Origin: Selaginella moellendorffii
Taxonomy: Eukaryota > Plantae > Lycopodiophyta
Assembly: GCF_000143415.4 (NCBI RefSeq)
Contig: NW_003314427.1
Span: 1-64,000, forward strand
Length of the DNA stretch: 64,000 nucleotides
Direction: 5' to 3'
Shown here: piece after piece, positions 25,527-39,365 of the stretch
Position numbering within the stretch: position 1 is the stretch's first letter
Layout: the number at the start of each line of letters is the position of its first letter
The notes under the pieces: generated by a model
What the model was told of the DNA's origin: nothing
The model's database searches: none
What the model saw: the letters and a program-made list of their open reading frames with translations, nothing else
Position numbers and translations under genes: made by a program

Positions 25527-25966
25527 TCACTTGGAACTAACAGGAGCTCTTCTCCTCTTCGCCTGACCAGTTTTTATACTCGTCGGTGAGTAACGGTAAT
25601 TCATGTGAAGCGTTCCAGTGGTGGCAACCGCCATGCCGGCTGAACGATAGCAGTTAGTTACCAGAATTCTTCTTTAAAAGGAACATTCTTCTTGTATTTA
25701 CAAAAGCCATTAAAAAAAAAGAGCAAATTACACAAAGGAGACAAAGAGAGAAAGAGCTATCGATCAATCAAATCCCACGCAAAACTCTATCTTGTGTGCC
25801 TTTCTTTTTATCCTTGATCGTGAGTGCTTGGCACAGCTCCAAAGGACACGAATCTCTCGAGCTCCTGTTAGTGAAAACATGATTGATAGCTACTGTGACG
25901 ACCAGCGAGTAGAGAAGAGGAAGCAAATCTCTGGAGCTTCGCACCTGAGGAGGACGCGGAGCTAGC

Positions 25967-27375
25967 TTACAGCACCATGGTAGCCTTCTTGGGCGTCACC
26001 ACCGGAGACTTTGTGGGAGTAGTCACTTCTTTGTTGAGAGCCTTGATCTTGGGAGTTGGGAGTGAGAGCCGCTTCTTCTGGAACTCAAGATCCTCGCTTG
26101 ATGGTCTCTGCTTTGGAAGGCTGGATGGTCGATCTTTGCTCTGGTCGGGAGTGCCTGGAGTTTTCCTGGGATTCATGTACCTCGACTTGACCACCGGTTT
26201 CTCGACCCCGTTCACCACCACGTAATTGGTGTAGCCATTGCTCGTCGTCCTGCCTGGAGTGGAATTGACCTTGACGGACGCTGGCGAGCTTATCTCGGAG
26301 GCCGGTGTCGGCTGGAACTTACTGTTAGATTGGACGCTCTTTGGCGAGTCAACGCATTCGCTCTCCTTGGGACTCTTGCTCGGCGGTTGCACGGAGCTCT
26401 TGCTGTGGACTCCATTCTTTAGAACTTCCTCCACGGTGTGATTCTCCCAGGGGCGTGAGGCCATCCAACGCTCCAGCCACCCCCACTCCCATTCAGGATT
26501 CTCCGCGCCTTTCGTTGGTGGTCGAGGATGAGCCCTCCACTGCGAAAGGAGTCAATCAAAACAACATCTTTAGCTTGTGACTTACTTGATGTGAGAAAGC
26601 ATACGCCAAGGCGCGCTCGCGCTTCACAGCCGCTTCGTGCTTCTGCTGGATCCTTGTCTTCATTTCTTCCTTCGTGCGAACTCCATCAGTCCATCCTTTC
26701 TGCGAGAACGGGACACGCTCATCTCAAAGTTGCAACAACAGGAAGCGAAAGCAGACCTCTGGAGTCTTGTCGGTTGGAATCGGACGATGAGTTATGTTAC
26801 GCATTGTGGACGCCTCGTGAAGTCGCGTCTGGCGAGCGCGTTGGACCTTGACCAGAGTCTGCATGCACCGAAGCGTGATGGATGCTTGCTTTCTGACGGT
26901 GCGACCACGGACGAGCGCTTGCAACCGAATGACACCTTTAATGGCACGGAGCGTTCTCCGAGCCTGGAAATCCAAGAGATGAGCAGGAAACTCAAGCAGC
27001 TACTGTGCTTACCATATATCCGCGAAAGGCCGTCTGGATAACAACGGCAGCCCAGTCCTGAGAACCATGGGGAAAATCGGGTTTCCTCACCACCACCTGC
27101 CGCTTGTCATCTGTGGCATGGATAGACGATTTCCAGAACTTCCATTTTCTTCCCTTGGCCTTCTTCGGCTTCTTCTGCTGCAAAGAAAATTTAAGTCAGG
27201 GAGAGCATTAATGAGTGTTGCAAGATGCCAGCCATCTCTAGCCAGCAATTTGGTGCTCAGAGACAGTGCCAAAGACAAGATTGCAAGAAGGAAGAAGAGG
27301 TCTTACATTTTCCTCAGATGAGCTTTTGACTTTGATGATTCCAAGCGATTGGAACAACTTCTGTGATCCACCCAT
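25967..27375 (-). CDS. IQD: IQ67-domain calmodulin/microtubule-binding protein
   Basis: [13 protein letters not shown]|[26 protein letters not shown] with the phase-0 intron inside IQ67; [10 protein letters not shown] and GWGWSWLERWMA motifs. Confidence 0.92.
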
Positions 27376-28181
27376 AGCAGCGCCGCGACTTCAGCAGTGG
27401 TCACTGCAACCGCGGAGCAAAGCAAGCGTCAAATTCGTCCACAAGATCTCGGCCGAGCCAGTACAAGAAGAGGAAAACGTACCATGAAGAAGACAGTGGA
27501 GAGAACTTGCACCAAGCTCAAGCGCGACGAAACAGAATGAGGGAGACAAACCAGATCTAGACCCCTTCACCTCCACACCACAAGAATTGGGAAAGACAGA
27601 CCGAGAAAGGAGAGGAGAAATAGTCTACAGAGCTTGCACGAATCAGGCTACTGTAGAGAGCATCTCCCTTGACGCGACAAACCGCTAACAAAAAACTCTT
27701 TATCACCACCACGCCTAGTGTTCCTAGCTCAGGACACATAGAAACAAAGAAAGCCTATATACATACCATTTCTACATACAAGCAAGGCAAAGCAAGGCAA
27801 AGCAAGGAAGAAGAAGAGACTCGAGAAAAAAAAGGAATTTGGTATGCGAGCGCCCTGTAGCACGTTGACCTGACACCCAATGCGAAATCGGGAAGAAGTA
27901 GCCACGACTGACACAAACAATCACTCAAATCAAAAGGAAGGAGCGAGCGAGCGAGCGAGCAAGCCAGCTACAAACTTTTTTGTCACTGCGATAGAAGAAA
28001 GAAGGAGAAAAAATTTTTAGCCAGCAGCCAGAGAAGATTCAACGAGAAAACGCGCACACAAAAGGAGAGAAAACTGCGCACACGCTCACACACTGTGTAC
28101 ACTCTGTGCGCTAGAGACCCCACCTCCCAGCGACAAACTTTAGACTAAGTTGGCTCAATACTAGCAAAGCTTGAAAGCGCG

Positions 28182-28204
28182 CACACACACACACACACAC
28201 ACAC
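28182..28204. repeat. (CA)n microsatellite upstream of the IQD CDS
   Basis: Direct observation. Confidence 0.9.
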
Positions 28205-29167
28205 TGTGCAATGCGTTGGATGTATGATCGCATCACGGCACAAGCACTACCCCTAGCGCGACCTAGCTAGCTCTCAAACAAGCACAAGCAAGCAAGCACA
28301 CACGCGAAATCCATGATCGCAAAGAAAGGAATCGCGATCCCGCGTTACTCACTCCGGGAGGGGGATCATCAACTCACCAATGCGATGGATCGATCGCTGG
28401 CGAGTGAAATGCGATCGATCGCGTCGAGGATGATGCGCGCCCGCCAAGAAGATGCCCCGCGACGACGACGACGACCCTAAAACCCCCAGATGGTGCCACG
28501 CGGCGCTTTGCTGTCTCATCTTATTTAACGGCCCAGGATCTCTCTCCTCTCTTAAGATCTGACGGCGCCCAGCCAATAAATGAGGACTCACGTACGTTCC
28601 TCTATACTTTAGAGGACCTCCTTTAGAGTACCTCAGAGAAAAAATCGATTTTTTATAGAGACATGGCATGGATGTCCAAATCTTAATCTTCGAATAGCAC
28701 TAGCGATGGAGACAAGCCAACCAACATGGCTCACGGATCAAAGCTCTGGCCATAGTTTTTTCTTCTTTCTCTTCTCGCTTGAGAGCTCATCGTCTTGTTC
28801 GTCTTGCTTGCTTGTTTCTTTGCTTGCTTATCCCACTCCTTCCAGCTGATTGTGGCACTCGAGCTACGCAAACAAAGAGAGCTTGTTGGCAAATTGACCA
28901 CTTAACCAAGCTCAACAGCAGCTCGTCCATGTCACTGCGTGACGATGGTGTCGGGCACACCATCTCCATCTCGGGTCCATCCCCTCCTTTTCACTCTTAA
29001 TTCTAAGCCATATCCGATCCGAGAGAAAACTTTGAAACTACTCACAGGTTTTTTTCTTTGCCTCCCGCTATCTCGTTGATCATTCCATCTCTTTGCCGAG
29101 ACGCAGCACCAGTTTTTGAGTGATTGTACACGCGTGGTTAAAACTCGTCCGTAGCAAGTTGAATACA

Positions 29168-30756
29168 CTATCTAAAAAGCGGAGCCATGACTGCATGCAA
29201 ATCGATATCAAGAGATTCGATGTCCCTGCAAGAGAATACAAGTTTTATCAGCACAGATAAGGAAATCGCTATGCTTCTACCTGCAAATTGTCTGCCCCTT
29301 GTCAACAAAACTAGAAATAAACCACGCTCTTCTCAGCGACGGTGCCTCCAATTGTACGAAGAATCCGTCTGACTGTGTGTGTTTCCACTTCCGACTGCCT
29401 TGGCCCTTCCACACCTGTGAGTAAAAGATCGTTTTTTTTACAAGCTGAAGTAAAACTCAGAACTTCTTCTTACCTGTGGATAGGCGATGCTTGCTTTTGA
29501 CACCACCACGCAAGCGCACTCTGAAGCTGTATCTACAGCATACTGTCGTAGAAAAGACACACAACTGGACAATGTGTCCGGAGACTCGAAGGCCTTAAAA
29601 CAAACGAAAGTCAGTTTGAGAACGAGGAAGAAGAGCTTCGTGTATACCTTGGAAATCGAGACGAGCGTTGCAACCTCCTCGGCTGGTGGCTTTGGGGGAT
29701 TCCCGACGGAGAAACGAACAGCTGGATCTAGTTTTCCATGGTTTTCGCTCCATTCCCTCATGGCCGATTCAATAACTTCCTTGACAAAGTTGTAAGACTT
29801 CTTCTCGATATCTGTGTCGCCCTGCCAAATCGAAAATGAAAGACTGTAGTGTAGCGGAGAATTCTATACTCACAAACTCGGTCTTGATCTTCTCCAGTGC
29901 CGAGCTTGTCGTAGTCCCGTTTGATTTTGCCAGTTTCTCTTTGGCACGTTTTCTGTCTCTGATCAACTGCGAGAGCCTTTTGATTTTACTGGTAACTTCT
30001 GCGCTCTGGGGATTTTGTTCCAAGGCTTCTCGGTACGCCGCAAGCGCCTGCGCAAGCCAAGGCATCAATAAGTGACAGAGTATATCGAGGCACTAGGGAC
30101 GTAAAGCTTACATCATCGTAGCGATCCATAGCTTCTAGTGCAGACCCTTTCCTGAAATATCCCTGTAGAAACACCCGAGGCATTGTTTATGAGTGATCGT
30201 TGCAAGATGATCCACTCAAGCAAAAATCCTACTAGAATGAATGAATGAGACAAGAGCGATAGTTGGAAGATGAACAAAAAGCCTTTAGAATGATGGAAAG
30301 GATGCAAGATGATCCAATCAAGCAAAAATCCTTGAAGTGCTACTAGAACGAGTAACTGATCGTTACAAGATGATCCACTCAAGCAAAAATCCTTGAAGCG
30401 CTACTAGAACGAATGAATGAGACCGTTGCAAGATGATCCACTCCAACCTGGGAGAGAAGAAAGAATGCAAGAACCTTTTCCCATGTCGGATTGAGCTTGA
30501 CGGTCGTCTCAGCGTCCGCGAGAGCTTTGGTAACTTTGAGAAGATTTAGAAACGCCGCCGAGCGATTGCTGCAGTTGCGCACCAAGAACGAAAAGGAATG
30601 ACGCGATCGAAGAAGAATCCAGCCCGTTTCTTACCTGTAGAGCGTGGCATTGCCGGGATCGGCCTTGATCGCCTGCGTGTAGACCGCCGCCGCCTTGAGA
30701 TAGTTCCCCGACTTGAAGAGCGCATTCCCTTCCTCGCGGAGCTTCCCCGCCTCCAT
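29168..30756 (-). CDS. Carboxylate-clamp TPR protein (At1g04190/TPR3-like)
   Basis: LREEGNALFKSGNYLKAAAVYTQAIK..YSNRSAAFL..WEKGYFRKG TPR triad; C-terminal IAYPQVWKGQGSRKWKH..DGFFVQ domain. Confidence 0.88.
30195..30445. repeat. Intronic minisatellite (4 units, core gcaagatgatccactcaagcaaaaatcct)
   Basis: Lies within the 312-nt TPR intron 30163-30474. Confidence 0.85.
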
Positions 30757-31101
30757 AGCTCGCAGCGCTAAGCTAGGGTTTTAAAACATTAGGGCGGACG
30801 TGGCGGAGCCAGGTGGCGTCCGCCGTGGGAGCCGGAAGCGCCACGTCGGATTCGGCCGGCATAGCAGCCCTTCGAGGGGCGGCGAGCGATGGGAGGGAGA
30901 GATGCCAAGCGTGGCGGCGGTGATTGGCTGCGCGATCCAAGTCCACAGCACAGTGAATGCTTGGAGGGCGATGGGGTGCGTGAAGAACCCCAAGCGTTTT
31001 CCCACAGGATCGGCGGTTTCACCCAGTGGCTACTGCTGCTGATCATGGATCGATCGAGCTCATGCCCTTGCCGGGCATGCTGATCCAATTGGGCGCCCGC
31101 G

Positions 31102-34100
31102 ATGAGAGCCAGGAGTGAGATGCCGCTGGCCATCGTCGCCCCGGGTCTCAACTCCAAGAGGAAGAAGAAGAGGAGGAAGAAGAAGAAGGCCGTGTGTGGC
31201 TACATTCGCGTGGATCTCTCGTGCTGCCGCTATCAAATCCTTCGCATCGTGCTGCGAAAGCTGGGCTGGGAGGTGACCACCGATGATAGCAAGCCATGGC
31301 ATCTCATCTGGACAGGTGATCTAGAGCTAGCTCCATCTTTTTCTTTGCGAAACTCATCTCACGCTCGTTTTCTTCTTTCTTGGAAGAACAGATTGTTCGA
31401 TCGGTCCCGACAAGCTCATGATGCTCAAGCGCGGCCAGAAGATCAACCATTTCGTGGGAATGCTGGAGATTTGCCGCAAGAAGGCGCTGGCTCGCAACCT
31501 CTCCATGATGCGCAAGTAAGTTCTCGTCCATGTTTCGCAAGCTTTCGCTTTGACAATCTCTTTAAGAGTTAGAGAACTATTTCTCGTTTCTTCCGTGATC
31601 ATCGGTAACTGTTGCTTTGCTCAGGCACTTTGATATTCTATGTCTACAGGATCTTTCCTGCAGCATATAAGTTCTTCCCGCGCGCTTTCATCCTCCCCAA
31701 CCAGCTCACACAGTTCATGGCAAGATTTAACACTCCCAAGCCGCGAACTTACATTCTCAAGCCCGACACTGGCTCCATGGTAACTTCACTCTCTCTTTCT
31801 TTGGATTCTATAGCGTGAAGATCTGCCATTTGATCTCGTCCTCTCCACAGGGCCGAGGCGTTGTTCTCGTCCAAACTTCCGAGGAGGTGAAGAACGCCAT
31901 GAAAGGTCTGCATGGAGCAAACTTCGTGGCACAGAAGTACCTCACCAAGCCGATGCTGCTCAATGGCTACAAGTTTGATTTGCGGATTTACGTGTTGATA
32001 CTGTCGTGCAATCCACTGCGACTTTACTTGTACAGGTAAGTCGTCCTGTGTTTTCTATACGTTGTTCCATGGCTGAATCCATCGTTTGCATTTGCAGAGA
32101 AGGCTTGGCTCGATTTTGCACGGAGAAGTACATGAAGCCCGACCACAAGAACATCAAAGTGAGCCGGATGCACCTCACGAACTACTCGCTCAACAAGTAC
32201 AGCTCCAAGTTTGAGTTTAACAGCAGTACCACCGAAGTGAACAAAGGTAGCAAGTGGACACTCACTGCGTTGTTCAAGGCTTTGGCAGCGGAGGGCTTTG
32301 ACACCAATCAGCTCTACGCACAGATCAAAAGGATGGTGGTCTTGACTATCATCGCCATCGTCCCAGTTCTCGCTCACAGCTACAAGACGTGCCTCAACGA
32401 GGACGACAATGGACGCTCGTGTTTTGAGCTGCTTGGCTTGGATGTTCTTGTCGACGAGAAGTGCAAGCCGTGGCTGCTAGAGGTAGTGTAACCAAGGTTT
32501 TACTTTTGCCGAGCATGAGTTTTTGACTGGGAGATTTCTCTAGGTGAACCATTCTCCTTCGTTTTCTATAGACACTCCGCTGGACTACATGGTGAAGGAG
32601 GCACTTATCCTCGACACTTTGAAGCTCGTCAACATCGATCCCACAGGAATGAGCAAAGTTAGGATGGAAGAGAGACGGGACTCGCAGCTCAGGCTCTATG
32701 GGAAGCTGGTCGAGGAATGCGAAGATTCTGACGTAGCCGAGGAAGTCAGTACAAAGGAAACTCGCGAGAACCACGTCGAGGGCGAAACCAGGGGCAGCTT
32801 CGACATGATCTACCCGACCGAGGAAGCCAACTTGCAAAAGTTCTACGACCGGTGCCTAGCCGGAGCTTCCGAGCTCTTCACGCACTCTTTCGACATGAAA
32901 GTGAAGAAAGAGATCGCCAAAGTCCAGGAGGAGAAGAGGCAGGAAGAGGTGGTGAGGCAGGAGGCCGAGAAGCGGCGGGCAGAGCTGGAGCTGCGAAAGA
33001 GAGCTCGTGAAGCGGCCAAGAACGTAGCGATCCTGAGGAAAGAGGCACTGAGCCAACGTGCTGCTGCTGCTGCTGCCGCTGCCGCCGCCGCCACTGCTTG
33101 CCGAGTGAGAAACGATGGACAAACCGCGACAACCACGACCACGACGATGACCGCCACCACCACAACCACAACCAGGACGACCACTGTCAAGCGCTCGTCG
33201 AGCAGGCTCGGAAAGAAATCGCCATCGCCGACAGTCTCCCTCGTGTCCATGGCAATGTCACTGGTTGGATCTCCCATCACCTCTCCCGCGACGTCGACGC
33301 CAAAGTCGAGAGCGATGGAGGTGGAGGAAGAGATTGTCCAAGTGGAAGTCGAGGAAGCTCCAGGCGATCGGGAAGAAAGCGTGCAAAGGCTGGTGGAGCT
33401 CTTCGACGAGATACCGGAGCGAGTTGGCGGGAGAAGGCCCGACTCAGCCTCAGCTCGAAGCTCGGCAGTGGACGAGGCCACTACGACACTCAACGACATT
33501 CTCTTTCCCCGGGTGGAAGCACAGCCATGCCCGAAGATCCCGATCCACCATCGCAGGGAGCACTCGTCGGAGCTGGAAACGACGTCGTCAAACTCTCCCC
33601 AGCAGCAGCAGCATGATCATATACTTGGTTTCGGCAGCAAGACCATCTCGGACTTCTTCACCACCAAGAAGCTTAAAGGTAGCACCATCGGGCAGCAGCA
33701 GCAGAACCACCACCACCACCACCACCACCACCACCATCGCCACCAACACGACCACCAGGATCACTGCTTCACCACCCGGGGCTACGTCAAGAGCGTGAGC
33801 GGACTTCCAGCCGAGACCAAGTGTGCTCACTGCCAGAGACACCAGGGACGAGCTCTGGCGCTCAAGAACGCCAACGCGCTCCCCATGACGCTCCACGAGA
33901 TGACAACGCTGGCGTCGAGCTTCCTCACGCACAGATGGGAGCACGACAGGTCGTCGGCCAAGTCCATGCCGCTCAAGAAAACCATGGGAGTGTCCGAGAG
34001 CATGAAGGCACAGTTCCGGTCCAAGCTTCTCAACTTCCAGCGCACCGGGGGATTTCTCGCCAATCCAAGCTTGCTCAAGCCACTGCAGCGGATGCCATGG

Positions 34101-34178
34101 GACGCTTCCACGAACTCCAACCGTCACAGGCAAAAGCTCAACATCATGCTCGAGACAACGCAACTGGCACCATCTTGA
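31102..34178 (+). CDS. Tubulin polyglutamylase, TTLL6/7/13-like
   Basis: WHLIWTD, QKINHFVGMLEICRK, YILKPD, QKYLTKP..NGYKFDLRIY, MHLTNYSLNK and FELLGLDVLVD..KPWLLEVNHSPSF. Long low-complexity tail with poly-A, poly-T and poly-H runs. Start codon uncertain. Confidence 0.9.
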
Positions 34179-34899
34179 TGATGATCCATGGATCAACCAG
34201 GAGGATATTTTGGAGCAATAGCTTTAGGATGAAAAAGGAGGGACGGGGTCCCAGGGAGAGGCAATGAGAAGACAAAAAAATTCAGTTTTTGGAGATTGAA
34301 ACAGTACATTTTTAGCTGTAGATTTGACAAATCTCTACATTGACTGTCTTATTACTACTTTGTTTGATGGATTTTACAATATTATTTAGATGCATGCTGA
34401 ATATTCTTCTAGTAAGAGCATTTTAAACTGGATTTACATTAAATGACTTTTGTAGCAATCTTCTTATGGATTAATAGTCCTCTAAAATATATAATGGTAG
34501 CAACTTTGAGAAAGGGATCTGCAAAAATGTTTTTCATGAGTTGAAAAAAATCCATACTATGAGAATATTATTTGCAGAATATGATAGATCAGGTCCTCAA
34601 GAGGAGAGGCTTATGGGGATTCCTATTGTGAAGCAGATGAGGAGATCTTTGCTTCTCATAGCTTGATTAGATAAAATCACAGTTTGATAGCATTTTTATC
34701 AATTGATGCTAGTAAAGAATCAGAGAGTTATTTTAACTAGAAATGAATACTAAATACTTTTTAATTTTTTTAATATTCTATATTTATGTTCTTATTATTT
34801 CAGTTATTTTTTAATTTACAATATTTTGAATATGCGCATATGAAGATATATGTTTTTATTTTCAATTGCATACAAAAATATTATGCACACAATTACATT

Positions 34900-37700
34900 T
34901 GGATTGCTATAATAACAATCTAAACTTGATTGTGTGCATAATATTTTTTGCATGAGACATGCAGGGCATAGCACTGAGACTTTCCAGACAAAGTGATGTC
35001 ACCAAGAATATTCCTAATGTGCAGACTTTAATGGCCATTGGCACAATGGCATTATACCAATTGAAGAGGAGCTTCACAAGTGGCCAGGAGTATGGCAAGC
35101 TTTAGGTGGTTAATTGCAAGCCACTTGAATGAGTACTTGTATCCTAGGGAGATCTTAGCACAGCTCAAGGGGCACCAAAGGCTCCAATTCTGCAGCAGGA
35201 ACCATTAGAAGATCTTTCCTTAGATGGTGACTAAGACACTATTGAGAGCATGATAGTTACCAGCATGATTGCCACCACCACCATCATCACTACTAGGAGG
35301 AGAGCTTGGACTACAGCTCCAAGTTGCCAAAATTCCAAAAGAATTTACCATATGCATGAAGAGAGCTTGGACTATAGCTCAAGAAAATGTGCCAATGGCA
35401 AAGTTGGGGAGCATATTGGAGGTCAGAAAGTTGAGGAAGCTATTGAGAACTTTGGGATCAATCTCAAACCTCTTAAACTAGGGGTTGTTAGATTGCATAA
35501 TCTATTTCATTTGAGAGCATCCAAACTTCCAGCTGCTCTGAGGATGATTGCTCAACCAAGACTGTCAGTGTCATGTAGGTAATATTGTGGGTTTCTGTTT
35601 TAACTCAGTTGTTGCAAACATGTAGCAATAAAAGAGAGACCTTTGTCTGGAGGCAACAATCGATCAAACTATGTGGCTGGCTAGCTCTTCTAAAACTCGG
35701 GAATGCCAAAGTTTAGGCATTTATCCATGAAGAAACATAAGATAAATGGTGAAGACTCTATCAATTTTACTCTATGACACATTTATTGAAAGAGTGTCCG
35801 ATAATAGAATTTAAAAGAGCCTGAACCTTGCTTTCTATGAGTCTATTTTTTAATTCTTAAGTAGGTTTTACCACCCTCGTTACTATTTGTGTCTGCAATA
35901 CATCATACAAGTGACATAAAGAGCCATTCTCCTTGCTTTTGAAATGGATCTTTTGGCATTGCTAGCAAGAAGGCAATTGTCCCATGAGGGAAGATTGATC
36001 ATATGGCCAAGTTAATTATAGTGTTTCATTTTCTTTTCTTTTAAAAACACACTGAATGGTCTTGTCAAGGTTTGTTAAGATGCAAAAAGTGTGGAACAAA
36101 GATCATTTATTGTAAGTTATAAATGGAAAACCAAGACATAAAGCTTCCATTGCATGTTTGTGGAGATCCATGCATCTAATGGGAGACTGTATGCAACATC
36201 TAGAATAAAGTAGATGGCAAGCCTTTTTGTTTTTCTCACTCAACATTTTATTTGCAAATCTATGAAAGAACAAGATGTCCAACCATTTGGTCTAACTACA
36301 TAAAACTATTCATGCGTAAAACAATGCATATTTGTCTAGTGGTAAAAATGTATTTGTTGATTGTATCAAAGATCGGTCTGGGTCATGTGGTGTGAGCTCC
36401 ATGGCCTCCGATGCCATCCATGACAACATGGCTGATGAAGAATCCCTCCACAGCAGAATCATGTGATCTATGAAAGATACTCTCACAGATTTTAGCTTCA
36501 ATTGGAGAGAGAGTGTCTCTTGATCAACCTAGGTCACCATCACTTGAGCTCCTTCTGGTACAACACCATTGCCCACTAGGAGAAGATTGATGGAGATTTT
36601 CTAACTGATTATTTTTTATTTGTCTCATTGAGTGTGGATTTTGAGCATGCAATGGGTAGTAATGCAGTAGCATTATTTTGTAAGTCACACATTATTGTGT
36701 GTTTAAATAATTGAAGCATATATATGTTTTAAATTCATATATCTTGCTGTACTATACATTTTTGCATACAACTTAAAATAAACAAAAAATACCAAAATTT
36801 GTATGCAAAAATAATTTACTATAAGATATATAAATTTAAAACACATATATCATTCAATTATTTAATTTAGTTTGACTTACAAATAAGATTTGGAGACAAC
36901 GTTTTTTTAAGGCATGTATATATTGGCATAATTAGTGCCACTTCATAAATCTTGATAAAACAACTATCAGTCAAGTATTCCATAATCCATGTCAAGCTAT
37001 TTTGCTGGAGTTTAAGCTGCAAAGTTCAGGACCACAAACAAAAAAAAGCTTTTATTATGTTTGTAAATTCTAAAATATTTCAGAATCCTCATATGTTTTT
37101 AATTTAATTTATTAATGGATGCTCTTGATTATTAATGCACCCCCGCAACAGTAAGCTAGCATCCGCCATCTACAAACTTCTTCATTAAATGACCAAAGCA
37201 TAATGCCGTGTTCTATGGGATTAGCCAGCATAAACACATAAAACATTCAACTGAACAAGGCATTATACAAGTATCAATGAATACCAAATCCATAGAATTA
37301 GAGATGATGACAAACCTAGCTCAGGAACCTTTCCTGATATTGATCTCCAGATGATTATGAGTGAGTTAAACTGTCTCAAATCTGAGGCCATTTTTCACTC
37401 ACAAACATCTACAGAATTACTATCGCTCAAGCTCTGAGATCTTTTAGCCTTGCTCTTTAGACAGCTCAATGACAAGGATGACAATGACGCTCTCAGAAGA
37501 GATTTCCCAGGACACATGCAAAGACAATCATGCAAGAATAAAGTATTTCTCTGAAAACGAAATGCTACCCTATTGCTCTGCGTTCCAACCTTATCTCATG
37601 GTTGTGCAGATGGAAGTCAAGGGTAATTTGACAGTTGCTCTTGGTCATTACCACTTTTATCGAATTGTTAATATAAAATTGTTTTTCTAACCAAGAAGCT
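34900..37700. mobile_element. AT-rich decayed region with gene/TE fragments
   Basis: No intact ORF; short internal duplications (gagagcttggacta.agctc twice). Family not identified. Confidence 0.3.
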
Positions 37701-37789
37701 CTTTTCTAATTCTGTTTTTTCTTAAATTAAAAATTTCAGCCTAAATTTACACTGTACAGAAATTGGTTTTACATTAGCCGCCAGATCCT

Positions 37790-38940
37790 GATTCGCATCT
37801 AGACTCATATCGACGGAGGAGGAACCTCGGATGCTCGAGAGCTTCGTGCAAGCTCAAATCAGTATTTTTGAGGTCATAGACACCAAAAATGCGATTGAAT
37901 TTCATTCCAAAGCAAGAGATCATCGACCGTCCGAGCTGTGCGTGTGGAGGGAATACCAGGCCCAGAATCCAGCAGAGTTCCGTGCTACGTCCCGCAAGCT
38001 GCTGTTCCACCACTGCTCTACGAGCCTTTCTCCAACCTCGCCAACAACCTCAAGCATGGCCAGATCGAAGCTACGGATCTCAAGTTTGCCAAGAGCTTTT
38101 GGGAGATGATCCCGAGTACGTGACGGAGCGGTATACGAGATCACAATCAAGCTCTTGGCCAAATGCCTCGGGGAGGCTTTTAGACCATACGCGGCGCTTT
38201 CTGGAGGAGTGAAAGCCGATATGGGCCACGAAGAGAGTGGGACGTCTCTTCCTGGACTGGAAAGCCCCAATGCGCTCGCGATCAACGTGGAAGTCCTGCA
38301 TGTCCTCGCCGCATCGATGGAGAGCGACCACAGACTTTGGACCGAGCCCGTCGCAGTGACGACGTGCTATGGAGACTTTGCATGACGACTGGGGCCATTC
38401 GCATCTTCCTGGAGGAAGCGGAGAGAGAAGAACTCATTGTGAGGCGGCAAGGCGCGACCATCCCTTGGCCGCTGAGGAATCTTGACAACGTTGTGCAGCC
38501 GGATGACCGAAGGCTCTTCGCTCAAGGCTGTGAAGCAAACCAACATGAACTGGTGGATGGTAAGCATAGGTGACGCTGGGTGGGTGTCAGCAGTGGACGT
38601 GGTAGAGGGTGCTCGCGAAGACGCAAATCATCTTGCCAAGCTCAAGCCCTGCATTGCTGCCACGGGCTACTCGAAAAGCTTTGTGCATGGGGACCTGCGC
38701 CTGTGCAACGTTATGCTGGGAGCTTCCGCGATCAAAGACGAGGACGCGCCAGAGTATGAGGTGCATATTTTCGACTTCGACTGGCAGGAAAGGAAGGAGC
38801 AGCTGTGCATCCTCAACTGATGAATCCTGATGTGGAGTGGCCGACTTCGGCATGCCGATCAAGCAAGAGCATGATGTTTTCTTTATAGACAAAATGGTGG
38901 AACAGCTCACAAGCAAGCGGTTCTTGTGCGTACTAGTCTT
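37790..38940 (+). pseudogene. Frameshifted atypical kinase of the fungal/Crinkler-associated type
   Basis: FVHGDLRLCNVML..IFDFDW, then after frameshifts AGKEGAAVHPQLMNPDVEWP and GMPIKQEHDVFFI; intronless and broken. Confidence 0.65.
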
Positions 38941-39251
38941 GTTGCAGTGCTGCTCTCTCGCAAAACAAGTTCATGGTTCCTTTGAGAGCTTCATGAGCTG
39001 CATTTGTTTTTATAGGAACTGAATTATGAAAACAGATTTGAGTTTTCATTCAACTTCATTATGAAAACAGATTTGAGTTTTCATTCAACTTCATTTTATT
39101 TGCTTTTGAATTACAAAAAACACATTGGTTAATCCTTTTCTAGCAGGTGCCATGATTTATGTGCGTGTGGGCACTGTTTGGTGCGGTGGAGCTCTCCGAA
39201 AAACAAATATTTTACTGGCCCAACTTACCCGAGTATATTCTCTCGAATTTC

Positions 39252-39277
39252 CACGTGCGGAAATCGATTAACACGTG
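39252..39277. promoter_or_regulatory. Twin G-boxes (CACGTG) spaced 20 bp upstream of PEAPOD
   Basis: CACGTG at 39252-39257 and 39272-39277, both followed by CG. Confidence 0.55.
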
Positions 39278-39365
39278 CGCTTTAGTTTGTCCGCCATAGC
39301 CAGCTCTAGCTACTGAGGCGAGCGAGTTTTAGGAGGAGCCCCTCGGTGGAGGATCCTAGCATGAA

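Noticed and set aside
30195-30445. CRISPR-like array or snoRNA cluster
   Set aside because: Eukaryotic intron; the units are imperfect with no unique spacers and no paired C/D boxes on the sense strand.
39024-39095. 35-bp perfect tandem duplication
   Set aside because: Simple local slippage with no functional signature.
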